The translations under genes were made by a program, and so were the position numbers. A stretch of 64,000 bases of DNA, taken from positions 4,819 to 68,818 of the forward strand of contig NZ_JBALCE010000051.1 in the NCBI RefSeq assembly GCF_036919815.1, read 5' to 3'. The stretch comes from Nostoc sp. GTDB taxonomy: Bacteria; Cyanobacteriota; Cyanobacteriia; Cyanobacteriales; Nostocaceae. Within the stretch, counting starts at the first letter, position 1, and each line of letters opens with the position of its first letter. Positions 59,364 through 64,000 of this stretch are shown piece after piece. The notes beneath the pieces are model-generated. The model did no database searches and had not been told where the DNA came from. It saw only the letters and a list, made by a program, of their open reading frames with translations.

Positions 59364-59537
59364 TTAAAATGGAGATTCTGCAATATCCCGTGTAGCTTCA
59401 ATTCGGTCGATCATCTTGTTAGCTTGCGCTTTGAAAATATCCTCACGCGAACTAAGGACAGCAACTAGAGTATCGCGGTCGAAAGAAGAAAGACGATCGC
59501 GCAAAGCCTCAAATCAAGCTTGCAGATCGTCAAACAT
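59364..59537 (-). pseudogene. Possible small ORF interrupted by an in-frame TGA (very tentative)
   Basis: It reads MFDDLQA*FEALRDRLSSFDRDTLVAVLSSREDIFKAQANKMIDRIEATRDIAESPF, with TGA at 59514-59516. I recognise no family. Confidence 0.2.
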
Positions 59538-59581
59538 TTTGAAAATAAATTCTCCCCTGCTCTTTAGCCTCTTCGGTCAAG

Positions 59582-60454
59582 TTAAACTCTGTCAGTTTTA
59601 TTGACTTTTAAAGTTCCATCAGTCTCAACGTCTAACTCTTCACGCCGAATGGTTTCTTGAACCTCAACAGTTTCTTTGTCTACAACTTTTTGCACTCTGA
59701 CTTCTTCTCGCAAGAAAGCTTCTTTCTGGACATCTGCAACTTCTTCATAGATTTCCATGTGTGCTACTTCACCCTCGCGGAAGTTAGCTGTTTCAGCAGA
59801 TACAACTTTGCCTGCATCTTTAGGGGTAACTCGCTCAATCACGACTCGCTCTTTTTCCAGCGATACAGCAACTGTTGCAGTATCGGTTTCGACATGCTTA
59901 CCAATCGCTACTTCTCCAGTTTTACGACGTTGTTTATTAGCAACCAGTCTTTCTTCGTAAAGTTTGAAGGTTTGGTCTCCGTGAGTGCTGACATCATATA
60001 AATCTGGCTCTTGTGCGTAGGTGTAGTTGTTGCGATCAAGAGTGGGAGTAGTGCGCCCAACTGTCGATGCTACATCCAGAGGTGCTGAACTTTCTACAGA
60101 CGGTGTGCGATATCCTCCGCGCACCCGTTCTTCATAGTCGTAGTCAAGCGCTGTATGCTCATGATATTCAGGCAATTTTTCCGCTTGCTCTTTTGTCATA
60201 CCAACAACGTATACACGATCTGCTGTAGAGTCAATACGCGATTTACCTATTGGTAGTAATACTTTCTTGCCAAAAACCCAAACGCCTATGTCAACAATTA
60301 AATAGCGAAATGCTCCTTGTTCGTCTAAGACAGCATCAATTATTGTGCCAATCTTCTCATCGGTTCCCTGAACATACAGACCCATTCCTTTGATGTCTTT
60401 ACCAATAGTATTATGGTAGTCTGTATCAAATTCACTTATTTTTTGTAATGGCAT
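59582..60454 (-). CDS. PRC-barrel plus DUF2382 (YsnF/AvaK-type) stress/akinete-associated protein
   Basis: N-terminal PRC-barrel-like GLYVQGTDEKIGTIIDAVLDEQGAFRYLIVD. C-terminal repeats EERLVANKQRRKTGEVAIGKHVETDT and LEKERVVIERV are typical of DUF2382. Confidence 0.65.
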   Translation of the reverse strand: MPLQKISEFDTDYHNTIGKDIKGMGLYVQGTDEKIGTIIDAVLDEQGAFRYLIVDIGVWVFGKKVLLPIGKSRIDSTADRVYVVGMTKEQAEKLPEYHEHTALDYDYEERVRGGYRTPSVESSAPLDVASTVGRTTPTLDRNNYTYAQEPDLYDVSTHGDQTFKLYEERLVANKQRRKTGEVAIGKHVETDTATVAVSLEKERVVIERVTPKDAGKVVSAETANFREGEVAHMEIYEEVADVQKEAFLREEVRVQKVVDKETVEVQETIRREELDVETDGTLKVNKTDRV

Positions 60455-60712
60455 TATTCTATTTCCTTAAGTTTTACTATCTGCTTTCTAGAATATAGAA
60501 AATTTAGTTGGTATAAATCCTCTCTCCAAAGATTGATTCAACCATTTTAAAATTTCATCAAAAGTAGTAATTAAATATACCTTAGTCACGAAAAAATATT
60601 ATCTTACAAGAATATTCATCTTCAGCTAATTCTGCTAACTCACTTGGACTAACTTTGAGAAAAGTATCAGAAGTTACGATAAAGACAAATATAATAATTA
60701 ATGCTGAGATTA

Positions 60713-61264
60713 TTAATAACTTAGAAATTTTAAACCTAAGAAAAGAGCCGCTATAGTTCCGGCTATAGAAATTTCTCCCTGAATAATTTTATCTAAAATT
60801 GATTCTACGGGAATTAATACAACTTCAATGTCTTCTGTAATATCTAGTTGTTGCTCTCCAACTTTGCTCACATTCTCTGCTAAAAATAAATGTATTTGAT
60901 TCGTATCTTTACTCGGCTTATCGTATAGAGTTGCGATTTTTCTAAATTCTTGGGGAATATAACCAGTCTCTTCTGTCAGTTCTCTAATTGCTGCTACTTC
61001 GGCACTCTCTTTTGTGGAATCAAAATTTCCTGCTGGCAATTCTAAGAAAAATTCACCTATGGCGTGTCTGTATTGCTGGACAAAAATTATCTCTTTGCTA
61101 CTAGTTATAGGTAAAACCATCGCAAGGTCTAGTTTAATACTAACAAAATAATCATCGATAATTTGACCATTGGGCAGTTCTATTTCATCTTGCCTGACCT
61201 TACACCAGTAATGATCTAAGACCATTTTTGATTTTAAAGTTTTCCATTTTTTTAAGTTGGTCAT
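60713..61264 (-). CDS. NUDIX hydrolase (ADP-ribose pyrophosphatase-like)
   Basis: Intact Nudix box GNFDSTKESAEVAAIRELTEETGY. Confidence 0.8.
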   Translation of the reverse strand: MTNLKKWKTLKSKMVLDHYWCKVRQDEIELPNGQIIDDYFVSIKLDLAMVLPITSSKEIIFVQQYRHAIGEFFLELPAGNFDSTKESAEVAAIRELTEETGYIPQEFRKIATLYDKPSKDTNQIHLFLAENVSKVGEQQLDITEDIEVVLIPVESILDKIIQGEISIAGTIAALFLGLKFLSY

Positions 61265-61403
61265 AAATTAAGTAACAAATAAAACTTGGTATAAAAAGTT
61301 TAGCAATCATCCAGTGAATGTAAAAAAGTATAACGGATACGTCCGATAATCTAAATTTTGAACTTACACTGGCTTTTGTCATAACATAATATCCAGAATA
61401 AGT

Positions 61404-62456
61404 ATGCAAATAAATGTAAATTTATTTACAGTCAACAAGAGATTTCCCTTAACCATTAGTCGAGGTACAACGGCACAGACAACGAATATATGGGTGCGGA
61501 TCTCATACGATGGCATCGAAGGCTGGGGGGAAGCATCGCCATTCGGTGTGGGTAATCATCGGCAATCAACTGATACAATCAAAGATGCTTTAGAGGAAGT
61601 TGTGCCACTGTTGCAAACATTCAGCCCCTTACAACGACAACAAATTGAGCAAGTTTTAACACAAAACCAAGTTCCTTCTGCTGCAAGAGCAGCTTTGGAT
61701 ATAGCAATGCACGACTGGCTGGGTAAGCGTGTCGGATTACCCTTGTGGCAAATTTGGGGACTCGATCGCAATCAAATAGTCCCGACTTCTGTCACAATTG
61801 GGATTAATTCGCCTGAAGCTGCCAGAGCGAGAGCGCGAGACTGGTTACAATTTACTGATGTCTGCCTTTTCAAGGTGAAGCTAGGTAGTCCAGATGGCAT
61901 AGATGCAGATAAAAAAATGCTCTTAGCAGTGCGAGAAGAAGCACCATTACCAGAATTATTTGTTGATGCCAATGGGGGTTGGAGTTTAGAAGATGCGATC
62001 GCCATGTGCAGTTGGCTGGCTGATTTAGGTATAAAGTATGTAGAACAGCCATTGCCACGAGGACAGGAACCAAGTTTAGCAAAACTCAAAGAACACTCTC
62101 CCATGCCCATCTTTGTCGATGAAAGCTGTTTCACCAGCTGCGATATTCCCCATTTGGCAAACTACGTGGATGGTATTAATATCAAACTGATGAAATCAGG
62201 GGGACTAACGGAGGCAATGCGAATGGTACATACAGCGCGAGCATATCAGTTACAAGTAATGTTCGGTTGCTATTCTGACAGTTCGCTAGCTAATACAGCA
62301 GCATTACAGCTAGCACCACTAGCTGATTATTTAGATTTAGACAGTCACCTTAACTTAATTGATGATCCCTTTACGGGTGCATTGCTAAAAGAAGGGAGAG
62401 TTTTGCCAAACGATTTACCAGGTTTGGGGGTACAACAGAGTGCGTCTACCACTTAA
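61404..62456 (+). CDS. Enolase-superfamily dipeptide (L-Ala-D/L-Glu) epimerase-like enzyme
   Basis: MR/MLE-type motifs: FKVKLG, LFVDANGGWS, YVEQPL, IFVDES and INIKLMKSGG. Confidence 0.7.
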   Translation: MQINVNLFTVNKRFPLTISRGTTAQTTNIWVRISYDGIEGWGEASPFGVGNHRQSTDTIKDALEEVVPLLQTFSPLQRQQIEQVLTQNQVPSAARAALDIAMHDWLGKRVGLPLWQIWGLDRNQIVPTSVTIGINSPEAARARARDWLQFTDVCLFKVKLGSPDGIDADKKMLLAVREEAPLPELFVDANGGWSLEDAIAMCSWLADLGIKYVEQPLPRGQEPSLAKLKEHSPMPIFVDESCFTSCDIPHLANYVDGINIKLMKSGGLTEAMRMVHTARAYQLQVMFGCYSDSSLANTAALQLAPLADYLDLDSHLNLIDDPFTGALLKEGRVLPNDLPGLGVQQSASTT

Positions 62457-63486
62457 TCAACGAGTAGCGATCTTACTTCATGAAGGAACTACTGGGACTC
62501 AGGGCAAAACGGGGTTATCTATTTTACGCTACAGTGAAGCCCCAATCGTAGCCGTAATCGATCGCGAGTCTGCTGGCAAATCCCTAGCAGAATTAACAGG
62601 TATCAAGCGTGATGTGCCAATTGTGGCATCGGTAGCCGCAGCCCTGGAGTACAAGCCGGAAGTTTTGGTAATTGGTATTGCCCCAGGAGGTGGCGCTATA
62701 CCAGATGATTACTGGCATGAATTCAAAGATGCTTTAGAAGCTGGGATGTCGCTGGTAAATGGTTTACATACACCATTGGCAAACATACCGGAGTTAAATG
62801 CACTGCTCAAACCAGGACAATTAATTTGGGATGTACGGAAAGAGCCGGCTAATATAAGTGTTGCTAGTGGGATAGCACGCACCCTTCCCTGTCGGCGGGT
62901 GTTGACAGTAGGAACCGACATGGCGATCGGTAAAATGTCAACTAGCCTAGAGTTACATTGGGCATCAAAATTACGGGGCTGGCGTTCTAAATTCCTCGCC
63001 ACCGGTCAAACTGGGGTGATGTTAGAAGGGGACGGCGTGGCTTTAGATGCTGTGCGAGTAGACTTTGCCGCCGGTGCTGTGGAACAAATAGTCATGCGCT
63101 ATGGCAAAAACTACGACATCTTGCACATTGAAGGACAAGGTTCAATGTTACACCCTGGTTCAACAGCAACTCTACCCCTAATCCGTGGTTCGCAACCAAC
63201 CCAACTGGTGTTGGTACATCGGGCGGGACAAGTTCATGTACGTAATCATCCTCATGTACTAATTCCACCTTTACCAGAAGTAATTCGGCTTTATGAAACT
63301 GTGGCTAGTGCTGGTGGTGCCTTTGCAAGTGTTTCTGTAGTGGGTATAGCGCTGAACACAGCCCATCTAGATGAATCTGCGGCTGAAGAAAGCATCGCTC
63401 AAACAATAGCAGAAACTGGGCTACCTTGCACCGATGTCGTCCGCTTTGATGCCAATGTGCTATTGGATGCAGTGATGAAGAATTAG
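62440..63486 (+). CDS. DUF1611-family protein (DgcN-like)
   Basis: It overlaps the epimerase gene by 17 nt. GTDMAIGKMSTSLEL (P-loop-like) and HIEGQGS resemble DUF1611 proteins, which are commonly paired with such epimerases. Confidence 0.55.
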   Translation: MRLPLNQRVAILLHEGTTGTQGKTGLSILRYSEAPIVAVIDRESAGKSLAELTGIKRDVPIVASVAAALEYKPEVLVIGIAPGGGAIPDDYWHEFKDALEAGMSLVNGLHTPLANIPELNALLKPGQLIWDVRKEPANISVASGIARTLPCRRVLTVGTDMAIGKMSTSLELHWASKLRGWRSKFLATGQTGVMLEGDGVALDAVRVDFAAGAVEQIVMRYGKNYDILHIEGQGSMLHPGSTATLPLIRGSQPTQLVLVHRAGQVHVRNHPHVLIPPLPEVIRLYETVASAGGAFASVSVVGIALNTAHLDESAAEESIAQTIAETGLPCTDVVRFDANVLLDAVMKN

Positions 63487-63788
63487 TAGCCTCTTTGCCT
63501 ACCCCACTCTAGCCAAGCTTTAGTCATCTCCTTTACATTTCCCCTATATTCTGGAGGAACAGGATCTTCTCTGCTGATGGATTTTAATGCCCAGAACCAG
63601 TGTCCAGATTTCTTTTCCAGTTCCCTAAGTAAAAGTGGGATTACAGGTTTTCCCATACCAATAATTTGCTGGTATGCAGGGTGCATCGACATTTGGTTAG
63701 TAGATGATATCCCAAAAGTTTCTTCACGCCATTGCTTAACAAGCGCTGTAAAGGTAGCTTCTATTTCTGAGATTTGCAGTTCTTCCAT
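63483..63788 (-). CDS. Hypothetical protein (101 aa)
   Basis: ORF only. It converges on and overlaps the DUF1611 stop by 4 nt. Confidence 0.35.
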   Translation of the reverse strand: MEELQISEIEATFTALVKQWREETFGISSTNQMSMHPAYQQIIGMGKPVIPLLLRELEKKSGHWFWALKSISREDPVPPEYRGNVKEMTKAWLEWGRQRGY

Positions 63789-63858
63789 ATTTTGACTGCT
63801 GACAACTAAAGATTAATTTTAGGCGTAGGCGTAGCCCGTTGTAGACATCGCTTTCTCT

Positions 63859-64000
63859 TTAGATAGGTTCTCCATCTTTTAGTGAGTATATGTCTGGTTC
63901 ATTTTCAAGAAAGTTAAAGGCTCCTCCACTCTGAGCAAGTTGCATTAAGTCACAGGTTGAAGGCTCTGATGAATTTAAAATTAATCTTTCTTCCAATAGC
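63859..64000 (-). CDS. 3' end of a gene running off the window edge
   Basis: The minus-strand frame reads ...LLEERLILNSSEPSTCDLMQLAQSGGAFNFLENEPDIYSLKDGEPI, with stop at 63859-63861. Partial, function unknown. Confidence 0.25.
   Translation of the reverse strand, partial: LLEERLILNSSEPSTCDLMQLAQSGGAFNFLENEPDIYSLKDGEPI

Noticed and set aside
1-64000. Search for tRNA, rRNA, tmRNA, transposase, integrase, reverse transcriptase or cas genes.
   Set aside because: I found no T-loop/acceptor-like sequences, no rRNA-like stretches, and no ORF with DDE, tyrosine-recombinase, RT or Cas motifs by eye. A covariance-model scan would be needed for small RNAs.

Overview
This window looks like a chromosomal segment of a filamentous, heterocyst-forming cyanobacterium (Nostoc/Anabaena-like). 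The signs are a HetP homologue, HIP1 palindromes GCGATCGC (e.g. 1717-1724, 3259-3266), heptameric STRR arrays, and small dispersed repeats or MITE-like hairpins in almost every intergenic gap. I saw no rRNA, tRNA, CRISPR array, transposase or integrase.

Gene content, in order:
- hetP-like gene and rpe.
- An exported subtilase next to a lipoprotein serpin.
- AI-2E transporter and LCP protein.
- A nitrate-assimilation supercluster: cnaT, ntcB, HEAT protein and small Rieske protein diverge from nirA-nrtP. narB is reduced to a ~75-codon 3' remnant, and narM lies downstream.
- A phospho-Thr signalling cluster: FHA-PrsW protease, CHAT-FHA protease and Zn-ribbon-PP2C phosphatase.
- ndhM, a NarL-type response regulator, a GT2 glycosyltransferase, Ctp protease, CyanoQ and hemJ.
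- A large LRR-Roc-COR gene. Its C-terminal TIR domain is cut off by two in-frame TAG codons.
- An NAD salvage operon: pncB-nadD-nrtR-nadE.
- Decayed toxin-antitoxin remnants.
- The trehalose operon treZ-treY-treH.
- AvaK-like and Nudix genes, and an epimerase/DUF1611 pair.

The most notable candidates are the broken ROCO-TIR gene (an immune-like architecture), the FHA/PP2C dual-protease cluster, the narB deletion, 21-bp tandem arrays inside two operons, small repeats inserted in-frame into coding sequence, and a recurrent pattern of accessory genes interrupted only by nonsense codons.

All functional calls rest on motif recognition by eye. No database search was run.
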